DNA from: Promethearchaeota archaeon
GTDB taxonomy: Archaea > Asgardarchaeota > Lokiarchaeia > Sigyniarchaeales > SOKP01
Reading direction: 5' to 3'
Assembly: GCA_048940645.1 (NCBI GenBank)
Contig: JBHLOI010000001.1
Coordinates: 103,636-167,635 of the forward strand
Length of the DNA stretch: 64,000 bases
Positions 1-9,187 of this stretch are shown here, piece after piece (the first letter of the stretch is position 1; every line of letters starts with the position of its first letter). The notes under the pieces were generated by a model. It ran no database searches and was not told where the DNA came from. It saw only the letters and a program-made list of their open reading frames with translations. The position numbers and the translations under genes were made by a program.

Positions 1-471
1 GATTTAGGCGCAGGAAAAAACTTTTCTAACGTAGTCTTTATTATAGGTCTGGCTTTTACAGAAATTTTTCAAATTCCATTTTATATCTCTATTGGAATGA
101 CATTAAAGCAAAAAAAAGGCAATTGGAATTTAATTAGATTTGCTTTGGGTGCTTCTATAATTTCTAGTTTATGTCTAGTTTTAATAATTCCCTTTTTGTC
201 AGATCCTAAAAACCCTATATCTTATACTATGCATGGAATTCTAGGATTTACGCATTTTGGTGCTATGGCAGTAGCATATATTTTTTACAGCATAATAGAA
301 CTTTCAAATCCTGAAATTTCAAAAGTTTTTGGTTTGGTATCAATCTATTCTGCATTATTTTACAGTTTGACCATTACTTTCTTCACTTACGGCATAATTT
401 ATTGGTTCGCTATTTCTGGAATATTTCTATGGGTATTTATGCATACAATATTCCTTATTAGAGCTAAATAA
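1..471 (+). CDS. DUF998-like multi-pass membrane protein, 5'-truncated by the window edge
   Basis: Frame is open from base 1 (DLGAGKNFSNVVFIIG...IPFYISIG) and aligns with the downstream paralog (DLGIEKY...IPFYISFG; shared MHGILGFxHF and IIELSNP). Confidence 0.7.
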   Translation, partial: DLGAGKNFSNVVFIIGLAFTEIFQIPFYISIGMTLKQKKGNWNLIRFALGASIISSLCLVLIIPFLSDPKNPISYTMHGILGFTHFGAMAVAYIFYSIIELSNPEISKVFGLVSIYSALFYSLTITFFTYGIIYWFAISGIFLWVFMHTIFLIRAK

Positions 472-619
472 TAGAATTTCTTTTACTTAAAAGCTGGTTT
501 TATAAATAAATTTTTAAATGATGATGGGTTTTTTTTTCATCACTCTATACAATTAACAGATGGTTAATAGAGGGCTCATAGAATCTATAGAATATTTTTT
601 AAAAATATCTATCAAGGCA

Positions 620-1312
620 ATGTCAAACTTAAATAAAGAATTCTATAAAATCAGCGGTTCAATATGTGGAATTATGGCATGGATTATTGGGTTGTTATCT
701 TTTACTATTGCCATAATTTTGCGGAGCAATGTTGATTCTACCTTTAGTTTAAATTCACATTATTTGTGTGATTTAGGGATAGAAAAATATGATACACATA
801 TTGTTTTTTCTATAGGATTTATTCTTAATAAGAGCTTTTTAATTCCATTCTATATCTCATTTGGATTTCTTTTACAAAAAAAAATCTATAAGAGTTATTT
901 AATTAGGGTAGCAATCGTTACATCTATTATTTCTATGCTTAGTCTAATAATTCTTCCTCCCTTTCTATTAAACCCATATAATCAATTCTTTTGTAGCATG
1001 CATGGTATTCTAGGTTTTATCCATTTTAGCTCAGCAACTTTTGCTTTTACCTTGTATGGTATAATTGAACTTTCAAATCCTAGAATTTCAAGTTTTTATG
1101 CAATAGTCTCATTTATAACAGCATTCATGCATGGCTTCTTTTTGATTTTCTCTTCTATACACCTAATTGAATGGTTTACTATCAGTAGTGATTTTATATG
1201 GGTGTTAATCCATACAATTTTTTTATTTAAAAGTGATCAAACCCAAGTACAAAATATCGTAATATTTGAGTTAGATTATCTATTAAAATATAATCGAAGA
1301 GTTGAAAAATAG
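620..1312 (+). CDS. DUF998-like multi-pass membrane protein (tandem paralog)
   Basis: Hydrophobic helices and an HYLCDLG motif; ATG at 620 preferred over 560 because a TATA-like TTTTTAAA lies ~25 nt upstream. Confidence 0.65.
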   Translation: MSNLNKEFYKISGSICGIMAWIIGLLSFTIAIILRSNVDSTFSLNSHYLCDLGIEKYDTHIVFSIGFILNKSFLIPFYISFGFLLQKKIYKSYLIRVAIVTSIISMLSLIILPPFLLNPYNQFFCSMHGILGFIHFSSATFAFTLYGIIELSNPRISSFYAIVSFITAFMHGFFLIFSSIHLIEWFTISSDFIWVLIHTIFLFKSDQTQVQNIVIFELDYLLKYNRRVEK

Positions 1313-1354
1313 ATTTTATATTGTTTTTTATCTAAAAAAATTAGTAGTTATAAT

Positions 1355-2242
1355 TTATTTAAGACTATATTTTTCTAATAAACTGGTCAACCTAGCCCGG
1401 TGAAATTTCAATCCAAGTTCATCTGGAGGATACCCAAATGCTAATGCAAATAATTCGGTCAAATAGAGAATTGGTATATCAAAAGTGTTATTAGATTGAG
1501 TTCCTGCTTTTTTTTGATTCGTATCCATTTGTTGAAAACATGCAGGACATATTACGATAAATGCTTCTGCACCAGCATTAATAGCACTATTAAATTTATT
1601 TGCTAATACTTGCATTGAAGGTTCCTCCTCAGCATTTCCCACTCCTGATCCACAGCAAAGTATTTCTTCGGTATAATCAACTGGTGTTGCTCCTGTTGCA
1701 GCTACTAGTTCTCTTAGTTTTATTGGTTCCATTGGATCGTCTGTTTGCATAATTTCAGAGGGGCGATTATAGTGGCATCCTGTATGGCAGGCTACTTTTA
1801 AACCTGAAAAATCATTTTTCACGTGCTCCTTTATTTTTTCAATACCTAAATCATGTAACACTTCTACAAAATGCTTAACATTAACACTACCCTTAAACTT
1901 TTTATTGACTGATTTTAATATTTCATTAATTTTTCCTTTTTCATGATCATCATGCTGTAATTCATGCTTGACCGCTTTTAAGGTTTGAAAGCAACCATTA
2001 CATAACGAAACAATGTCCTTTCCTTCTTCTTCGGCAATTGCAAGATTTCTTGCTCCCATTGCCAACCAGCTTGTATGATCTATAGCATGAAAACCTACTG
2101 GATCAGGACAACATGCAAAAGGAGCATCAGTAGTTTTTATTCCGAGAGTATCGAAAACTTTTCGAGCTGAAGCCTCAATAAAAGGGATTCTGTTTCCTAT
2201 GGTACAACCTTGAAACATTTTATATTCTTCAACTTTTGCCAT
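1355..2242 (-). CDS. hdrB: Heterodisulfide reductase subunit B (orphan copy)
   Basis: Two CCG domains: GC...ACCP...CNGC and GCH...CCG...CPAC. Confidence 0.9.
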   Translation of the reverse strand: MAKVEEYKMFQGCTIGNRIPFIEASARKVFDTLGIKTTDAPFACCPDPVGFHAIDHTSWLAMGARNLAIAEEEGKDIVSLCNGCFQTLKAVKHELQHDDHEKGKINEILKSVNKKFKGSVNVKHFVEVLHDLGIEKIKEHVKNDFSGLKVACHTGCHYNRPSEIMQTDDPMEPIKLRELVAATGATPVDYTEEILCCGSGVGNAEEEPSMQVLANKFNSAINAGAEAFIVICPACFQQMDTNQKKAGTQSNNTFDIPILYLTELFALAFGYPPDELGLKFHRARLTSLLEKYSLK

Positions 2243-2363
2243 GACAAAAAATTCCTCTTTATTTTTTAAGATAATTATATTTGGTTTAATACTAAATTAA
2301 TTAAAAAATTTGTTAAATCAAATAATAAGGACATTAGAATAAAATAAAAAAATAATTAATAAT

Positions 2364-2990
2364 TTAATCAAAAACTTTTCCACAATTACTACAAAAATTG
2401 GAAAAGACTGGCAGTTCTGTTCCACATTCGGGACAAAATTTCTTTTCTAAAGGCTCTGTTGTCTTAGTCTCTTCTACTTCTTCAACTTTAACCTCTTCCG
2501 CAGGTAATTCTTCCTCTTCCTCAACTTTCTTTGGTTTTACCCTTCTTACAAATGCTCGTCCTATTATAGCAATAACTACTCCAGCAAATCCTAATCCTGA
2601 ACCATACGTGAATCGATTATAAAGTTCTTCTAAATAATATAATATCGTTGGATCTGTTATCACTCCTGTAAGACGAACTATCTGAGTTGTTATCCATATA
2701 ATTAAAGCTAATGTTCCAAAAGCTAAACCAATCCAGATAATAAATTTCCCTAGCCTTACTTGCCCGATTACTACTAGAATCGCTCCAGCAATTACAGCAA
2801 CGCCTCCTAAATCTGCTATCCACCTAAAAATTACATTAACAATTACATTGAAAATCGGTTCGTATTCTGGCCATTCATTCGAAGCTAAAGTATAAAGTGT
2901 CTCAAATATTTGAATACTTCCTTCTACAGCGCTAATGATCATTAATGTTCCGCCAATAATTAATAAAATAAATCCTGTTTTATGCTTCAT
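2364..2990 (-). CDS. Membrane protein with acidic linker and C-terminal zinc ribbon
   Basis: Four hydrophobic helices, E-rich linker, CPECG...CSNCG. Confidence 0.8.
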   Translation of the reverse strand: MKHKTGFILLIIGGTLMIISAVEGSIQIFETLYTLASNEWPEYEPIFNVIVNVIFRWIADLGGVAVIAGAILVVIGQVRLGKFIIWIGLAFGTLALIIWITTQIVRLTGVITDPTILYYLEELYNRFTYGSGLGFAGVVIAIIGRAFVRRVKPKKVEEEEELPAEEVKVEEVEETKTTEPLEKKFCPECGTELPVFSNFCSNCGKVFD

Positions 2991-3129
2991 AAAATTTCTT
3001 CCTCAATTAACTTTATATCTTTAAAGTGACCTAAAACAATTATTACCTTTAATTGTTTACAATATTTTTTATAATTTACAAAATTATTTGATTAATCAAT
3101 TTGACAAAAAAATAATCGTTAGGTTAAAC

Positions 3130-3954
3130 TCAAGTTGAAGTAATTCGATTAGGATGTGTATAGATATTCATTCTTTTCCCTCTAACAAATCCTATTAAAG
3201 TAATGCCGTAAGCGAATGCTAATCTTACACCAGATTCGATAGGCGCGGATAATGAAGCAACTATTGGAATTCTTGCCCTAATTGCTTTTAAAATTGAGTC
3301 TCCTGTTAATCTACCAGTAGAAGTTAAAAAAACATTATCAAAGTCATGATTATTCATTAGCATTTCACCAATAACTTTATCTATTGCATTATGCCTCCCA
3401 ATATCCTCTTTTACACTAATCAAATTCCCATCATAATCAAAAATTGCAGCCCCATGACACCCTCCAGTTTCTTTGAATAATTTAGTTTCACTTTGCATTT
3501 TAACAATCGATGAAAAAATAATTTCAGGGGAAATTTTATTTATTTTTTTAGAGGTAATCGCTTCTTTTGACTCATCAATTTTCTCTTTAATAAATTTCCG
3601 CCATGGTGAAGGAATTCCACAGGTAGTATCAATTACTCTACTAACTGGATTCATATCAAAATCGTTTAATTTAAAGTCTAATGAATCAACTAAATCAATA
3701 TGAATATTTCCTTCTATCTCATCGACCTTAATTTGTTTAATATCCTTATGAGTATTAATAATTCCTATAGAATAAATGAAACCAACGGCTAATTCCTTTA
3801 AGCTATTAGGTAAACAAATGATATTAACTAAAGGTTCAGAGTTTATAAAAATATCTACAGGGCTTTCTATTAAGATAAAATCAATATCTTCTGAGATTTC
3901 ATTTTTTTTAATTCTTGTAATATTTACTTTTCTTTTAAACAAAATGAAAACCAA
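3130..3954 (-). CDS. fdhD: Formate dehydrogenase accessory sulfurtransferase FdhD
   Basis: TTCG, TGGCHGAA, EDIGRHNAIDK, TGRL and SAP motifs. Confidence 0.93.
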   Translation of the reverse strand: MVFILFKRKVNITRIKKNEISEDIDFILIESPVDIFINSEPLVNIICLPNSLKELAVGFIYSIGIINTHKDIKQIKVDEIEGNIHIDLVDSLDFKLNDFDMNPVSRVIDTTCGIPSPWRKFIKEKIDESKEAITSKKINKISPEIIFSSIVKMQSETKLFKETGGCHGAAIFDYDGNLISVKEDIGRHNAIDKVIGEMLMNNHDFDNVFLTSTGRLTGDSILKAIRARIPIVASLSAPIESGVRLAFAYGITLIGFVRGKRMNIYTHPNRITST

Positions 3955-4062
3955 ATAAATCTATTTAGATTACAAAATATTCAATAGGGCATATTATTTA
4001 AAGAAATTTCTATTCTAACTTATAAGCTTATAAGAGTATCAGATAAAAATTAATAATTTTAT

Positions 4063-4914
4063 CTAAGCAGCAACATATAGTCTGCCATTAGAACTTTTCG
4101 ATATTTCTCCAGTTTTTTTATCAATTTTAGAATGATTTTTTGCAACAGAGTGATCACCACTATATTCAATAAATTTTCCTGTAAGAGTTTCTCCATTTGG
4201 TAATTCTACTTCAGTTACTTCTCCGATCTTCTTATAGGAAGGAAGAATTTTCGTAACTTTGCCTTTAATTACGATTGCTCCCCTGACTTGGTCTGCTCCA
4301 GCACATCGATCGCAATCACCTTCAACAATAATAATGCCACCATGACTATGGATCCCTAAGAAAGCTCCAGCACTACCACAGATTAATTTTGGAAACCTTT
4401 TTCCGGGTTTAGAGCCATTTACCCATGCTAATGTTTCATTTCCTACTTTTCCTTTTACTTTTATTATTCCATTTTTCATTCCCTGCCAAAAGCCTCTATA
4501 TGCTGCTCCTACATAATGACCTGCATCTCCATTTATTTCTAATTCTCCTCCTTGAAGCATCGCTCCTGCCCAATCATCAGCATTTCCATTAACCGTTATT
4601 TTTCCACCCTTCATCTGGCTTCCAACATGCATTCCAACACTACCATTTATAACTATTTCGCCACCGCTCATATTCTCTCCGATGCGTTTTACGTTTGAGA
4701 AATCTCCATCAAGGATAATTTTAGTATCATTTTTATCAGTTGATTTTCCTGAAATATCAAAAAAATTCCCTAATTTAACTACTTCTTTTCCATAATATAA
4801 TTCTAATTTTTTAATGTCTGCTATAGTTTTACCAGCAAAATTGTCTGGGGTTATGATATCTGCTTCTAAGGGAAGTTCTGGTTTTTTCTTTAATTTTAAT
4901 TTGATTTCTCCCAT
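4063..4914 (-). CDS. fwdC: Formylmethanofuran dehydrogenase subunit C
   Basis: PLEADIITPD start, GXGXG beta-helix repeats (GMHVGSQMKGG, YRG..GM), adjacent to fwdB. Confidence 0.92.
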   Translation of the reverse strand: MGEIKLKLKKKPELPLEADIITPDNFAGKTIADIKKLELYYGKEVVKLGNFFDISGKSTDKNDTKIILDGDFSNVKRIGENMSGGEIVINGSVGMHVGSQMKGGKITVNGNADDWAGAMLQGGELEINGDAGHYVGAAYRGFWQGMKNGIIKVKGKVGNETLAWVNGSKPGKRFPKLICGSAGAFLGIHSHGGIIIVEGDCDRCAGADQVRGAIVIKGKVTKILPSYKKIGEVTEVELPNGETLTGKFIEYSGDHSVAKNHSKIDKKTGEISKSSNGRLYVAA

Positions 4915-4917
4915 AAT

Positions 4918-6246
4918 TTACTCACCAAGCTTTTCTTTTACTTTTTCAATTAGTTTTTCTAATATTTCTTTGTCAGAGAGAGATTCACCTGGAGCATCTT
5001 TTACTTTTCTTAGTCTCAATGGAACTTTATCCATGCGATACGCTGTACCTTCACATTCTATTCCCGCAAACGCAGCAGGTAAAACTACATCTGCAAATGC
5101 GGAAGTAGGTGTTTCATGAGGGTCAATAGAAATCAAGGGATGTTTAAATAAGTTTTTTACTGCTGCTGCGGGGAAATTACTTGCGGGATCAGAAGCTACA
5201 ATTAATGAAGAATCAACTTCATTTCTAATAAGTAAATCAACTGAGGAAAACTCTCCTGGATTATATCGAGGATATCCCCTCGAAAAATCAATTGAATAAG
5301 CATATCCAGTATTCCACGTAAATACTTGATTTGCTCCAGTAACATTATAGTGCCCTCGCATTGGTTCTAATAGAAATTTTGTATGATCATTTAATTCTCT
5401 TGTCAAACAAATTGCTGCATCAATATTTCGGTGGTGAGCTAAAGTTTGTGTTAGTCCCATTCCGAAAAATATAACTCCAAAATTGCATAATTTCAACATT
5501 TCAACTAATTCTTTTACTTTTTCGATAGGGACTCCCGAAACTTCCTTTACATCTAATTCAACACCTCTAAGCACCGCTCTTATCGCATTTATTAATTCAT
5601 AATCTTCATTAGGATTAACTTGAACAAATAGATCAGCAATTTGAGCAGTATGAGTATTCCTTGGATCCACAACTATAATAAATCTGTCATTTCTTCCATC
5701 TTTTCTAAAATATCCCCTAACAAATTCACTATATCTCCCTAAATGCCTTGGATGGGCATGTACTGGATTGCACCCCCAGAAGATTACTAAATCAGCTCGA
5801 TTCTTATACTCTCCTAGTGTAGACAAAGGAGCACCTACATCTTGTATTGCTAATAATGATGGACCATGACAAACTGAGGCAGTATTATCTAAAATAGCCC
5901 CTAAAATTTCTGCTAATTCGACTCCTTTACTCTGTGCTTCACATTCAGTTGATGAAAATCCATATAGTAGTGGTCGCTTTGCTTTTACTAAAATATCCGC
6001 TGCCACATCTAGCGCCTTATCCCATGATACTTCCTTATATTCTCCATTTACTTTTATTCTTGGTTTTAAATACCTGTGACCACCTGGATTTGAAGAGAAA
6101 AATTTTTTTGTACCAATTTGACAACCATTTCTAACTTCTATAACTGAATCTTCTTTAATATCGATATCTACTTCAAGATCGTCGCATAATGTCCCACAGA
6201 ATGGGCAAACTACATCATAAACTGTTTTTATTTTTCTTTCTACCAT
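4918..6246 (-). CDS. fwdB: Formylmethanofuran dehydrogenase subunit B (Cys form)
   Basis: CPFCGTLCDD, ASVCHGP, AHPRH, PMRGHYNV, GTAYRMD. Confidence 0.95.
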   Translation of the reverse strand: MVERKIKTVYDVVCPFCGTLCDDLEVDIDIKEDSVIEVRNGCQIGTKKFFSSNPGGHRYLKPRIKVNGEYKEVSWDKALDVAADILVKAKRPLLYGFSSTECEAQSKGVELAEILGAILDNTASVCHGPSLLAIQDVGAPLSTLGEYKNRADLVIFWGCNPVHAHPRHLGRYSEFVRGYFRKDGRNDRFIIVVDPRNTHTAQIADLFVQVNPNEDYELINAIRAVLRGVELDVKEVSGVPIEKVKELVEMLKLCNFGVIFFGMGLTQTLAHHRNIDAAICLTRELNDHTKFLLEPMRGHYNVTGANQVFTWNTGYAYSIDFSRGYPRYNPGEFSSVDLLIRNEVDSSLIVASDPASNFPAAAVKNLFKHPLISIDPHETPTSAFADVVLPAAFAGIECEGTAYRMDKVPLRLRKVKDAPGESLSDKEILEKLIEKVKEKLGE

Positions 6247-6249
6247 CTA

Positions 6250-6645
6250 TTATGCCTCTTGTAATTGTTTCATTAATTCTAATGCATCTAACACCCTTCC
6301 ACTTCTCATAACCTCAACTTTAGCCTTCATTCCCTTATAAGTGGGAGTTCCACACGCTTGAGAATCAGGATTAACTAGCTGATTTGCCCAAGGACCCATT
6401 GGAATAAAAATTATACCTGGATGTGGACCTTCTTCCGAAATAGTTGAATAAACTACTACTTCACCATGATCGGTAATAACCTTAACTGGAGTACCAACCA
6501 AACAATCTAATTTTTTAAAATCATCTTTATCAAAAGCACAAATGGCTGCAGCTCGAACATTCTCTTTTGTAGTTTTACCCCCTTCTAGAGCTACTCCTTG
6601 ATTAATAGTCCTTCCAGTTAATAAAATTAAATTATTTAAGCTCAT
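6250..6645 (-). CDS. fwdD: Formylmethanofuran dehydrogenase subunit D
   Basis: LLTGRTINQG, FIPMGPWAN, GTPTYKG. Confidence 0.93.
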   Translation of the reverse strand: MSLNNLILLTGRTINQGVALEGGKTTKENVRAAAICAFDKDDFKKLDCLVGTPVKVITDHGEVVVYSTISEEGPHPGIIFIPMGPWANQLVNPDSQACGTPTYKGMKAKVEVMRSGRVLDALELMKQLQEA

Positions 6646-7367
6646 TCTTCTTGCTCCTCTTTTTCATTCCATCTTAAAGTCTTTAACCGTTCTAATAAAG
6701 GTTCCCAAAACATTTCGCTAAATTCCCCAGATGTTTTAACATCAGTAATTTTTAATTTTATTGCTCCCGTAGGACAACCATTGTCGCATGCACCACAAAA
6801 TATGCAAGAATCTTTATCTACAACCACATTTGGGACAGTCTCCCATCCTTTATCCGACTTTTTCGGAACAGATATAGCTCCGGATGGACATACCTCATAG
6901 CAGGTTTGACACCCACCAGGACATTCTTCATCGACAATACTAATTTCTCCATCAGTGTATTGTTTAGCAACCCTTTCAATCTCATTATAACTAGTAATCT
7001 TCTTAGCTTCAAACTCTAATTTTGGGACAACATGCTCTTTTACTATTTGAATATCTTCTAACTCGATAATATTTCCATCCTTTTTAAGAGTTAGAGCACT
7101 AAAAGGGCAAAAATATACACAAGTTCCACAAAATACACATTTTTCTGGATCATATACTTCTGGGATAATATCTTCAAGTGTGGGAAATCTACGTGATGTT
7201 CCTACAGGTCCACGGGAAATAGCATCCTTCGGACACACTCTGGCACATGTTCCGCAACCAACACATTTGGTTTTATCTAAAATTAGTTCTAAACTTTCAG
7301 TTAAGAATTGAATTTTTACATGTTCAATATCTTTACTTATTGATCTTGATATTTTTGGAAAAGAAAT
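6642..7367 (-). CDS. fwdF: FwdF-like polyferredoxin with four [4Fe-4S] motifs; start extended to ATT at 7367
   Basis: The ORF-track start at 7238 cuts through CVGCGTCARVCP; the frame stays open to 7370, and a GAGGTG SD lies 6 nt before ATT-TCT-TTT-CCA (MSFPK). Confidence 0.75.
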   Translation of the reverse strand: MSFPKISRSISKDIEHVKIQFLTESLELILDKTKCVGCGTCARVCPKDAISRGPVGTSRRFPTLEDIIPEVYDPEKCVFCGTCVYFCPFSALTLKKDGNIIELEDIQIVKEHVVPKLEFEAKKITSYNEIERVAKQYTDGEISIVDEECPGGCQTCYEVCPSGAISVPKKSDKGWETVPNVVVDKDSCIFCGACDNGCPTGAIKLKITDVKTSGEFSEMFWEPLLERLKTLRWNEKEEQEE

Positions 7368-7377
7368 TTTCTACACC

Positions 7378-7635
7378 TCATTCAACTTTTAGTAATTCTA
7401 ATTTTATGGCATTTGCAGGACAAAATTTAACACAAACGCCACATCCATCACAGTTATAGGTTCTTTCACTTTTATAGATATCATAAGCCATCCCATTTTT
7501 GACTAAAATTACAGCATTTTCCTGAGTTAAATAGCCCATTTGTTTTAATTGATTAAAATTTATTGGACATGAAGTTACACAAATGTTACATCCTATACAG
7601 TCGTTATTATTTATTTTTAATCGATAAACTTGCAT
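7378..7635 (-). CDS. 2x[4Fe-4S] ferredoxin, FwdG/H-like
   Basis: CIGCNICVTSCP and CDGCGVCVKFCP; first gene of the fwd cluster. Confidence 0.85.
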   Translation of the reverse strand: MQVYRLKINNNDCIGCNICVTSCPINFNQLKQMGYLTQENAVILVKNGMAYDIYKSERTYNCDGCGVCVKFCPANAIKLELLKVE

Positions 7636-7835
7636 AATTTATGCCTCTTTTCTGATTGGTTTTGACACACCAGTTATAATATCCTATGGAAAATATGTAA
7701 TAAACTTAATTTTTAGAAAGTACTGTATTTTAAAAAATTTAGTATATCAATTATTAAGTCGTAGATTTTAAAATCACTCAATTAATTAAAAAAAATCCAA
7801 ATTATTTTAAAATCTAGGTGAAAATAAAAAAAATC

Positions 7836-8366
7836 TCAAAGCTTTATCATTTTTGGCTCTATCCACTCTTCTCTAAGTATACTGAAAAGTAAACAATTTA
7901 TCCATTCTCCTTTAACAAACATCATTTTACGGATTAATCCTTCTTTAGTAAAGCCTGTTTTTTCAAGAACTCTCTGAGTGGCAATATTTCTTTCATCTGT
8001 AATAGCTTGAATGCGTTCGATTTCTTTAGAAAGAAATAAGAAATCTAGAAATATATTGACAGCTTCTGAACAATAACCTTTCTTACGTTCAGAAGGAGTT
8101 AGAAAAAATCCAATTTCTAATAGTTCATATGGATATGCTTTCACTATAAAATTTGATATGGCTCCAATCTTAGTTCTATCTTTTTTCTCGATAATAAAAA
8201 TTTGAAGATCATCACTAAATTTACTAATTCTTTTTTGTAATTGATCATTTGAAATTTGTACTAAACGACTATACCTTCCAAAATAAGGATTATTAATCAC
8301 ATCACAATAAAATGGAACATCTTCACTTTCCATAACCCGTAAATTAATATTATTTCCTTCGAGCAT
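7836..8366 (-). CDS. RimJ/RimL-type GNAT N-acetyltransferase
   Basis: EIG...RKKGYCSEA, N.A.QRVLEK.GF.KEG; start chosen by alignment with the paralog (MLEG.NINLR). Confidence 0.88.
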   Translation of the reverse strand: MLEGNNINLRVMESEDVPFYCDVINNPYFGRYSRLVQISNDQLQKRISKFSDDLQIFIIEKKDRTKIGAISNFIVKAYPYELLEIGFFLTPSERKKGYCSEAVNIFLDFLFLSKEIERIQAITDERNIATQRVLEKTGFTKEGLIRKMMFVKGEWINCLLFSILREEWIEPKMIKL

Positions 8367-8548
8367 ATTATCTCGCATCATTATATTTTTAGATCTTTCT
8401 ATTACTAAAACTCTCAAGTATTTAAATCTTAAGAATTAAGTTAGTATAATTTTTCACTTAAAATGTTTTAAGTGTGCAACACAATTTTTTACTAAGAAAT
8501 GTTATAATTATAATTTAGAAAATAAGTTTCAAGATGCATATCAGAGGC

Positions 8549-9082
8549 TTAAATCTTTAAAAGTTTAGGCTCTTTCCAATCATCTCTAAGAATACTGAAT
8601 AGAGAAAGATCTACACGCTCTCCTTTCATGAATAACGCTTTACGCATTATACCTTCTTCTATGAATCCCGCTTTTTCAAGAACTCTCTTAGAAGCTTTAT
8701 TTCTATCATCCGTAGTTGCTTGTATTCTTTCTATTGCTTGTAAAAGAAATAAAAAATCCACGAAAAGTTTAACAGCCTCGGTACAATAACCTTTCTTACG
8801 TTCAGAAAAGATCATATAATAACCTATCTCTAACAGATTATGGGGTCCTCCCTTAACCATAAAATAAAAAATAAGTCCAATTTCACTTCCATCTTTTTTT
8901 TCTATGATAAACCTTTTTTGGTCATCAGGCATCTCAGTAAACCTTTTTTTCATTTCTTCCTTTGATCTTTGTATCATTGGAGAATATCTACCTTGGAAAT
9001 TAACATTGTTGAGCCAATCACTTAGAAGAGAAATATCTTCTGGCTCCATAGCCCGTAAATTAATATTAATTCCTTCAAGCAT
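8549..9082 (-). CDS. RimJ/RimL-type GNAT N-acetyltransferase (tandem paralog)
   Basis: EIGY...RKKGYCTEA, NKASKRVLEKAGF.EEG. Confidence 0.9.
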   Translation of the reverse strand: MLEGININLRAMEPEDISLLSDWLNNVNFQGRYSPMIQRSKEEMKKRFTEMPDDQKRFIIEKKDGSEIGLIFYFMVKGGPHNLLEIGYYMIFSERKKGYCTEAVKLFVDFLFLLQAIERIQATTDDRNKASKRVLEKAGFIEEGIMRKALFMKGERVDLSLFSILRDDWKEPKLLKI

Positions 9083-9187
9083 AATATTTAATTTTATAAT
9101 CCATATATTTAAATAATTTAGGGCAAAATCAAATATTAATCTGATAAGTAGAGATTTTATTGGGAATTGATAGAGGATTAAAGAGAA

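Noticed and set aside
7367-7380. Stop read-through or frameshift fusing the small ferredoxin to the FwdF-like gene
   Set aside because: The frames differ and each has its own stop (TGA, TAG); an SD-led ATT start explains the layout more simply.
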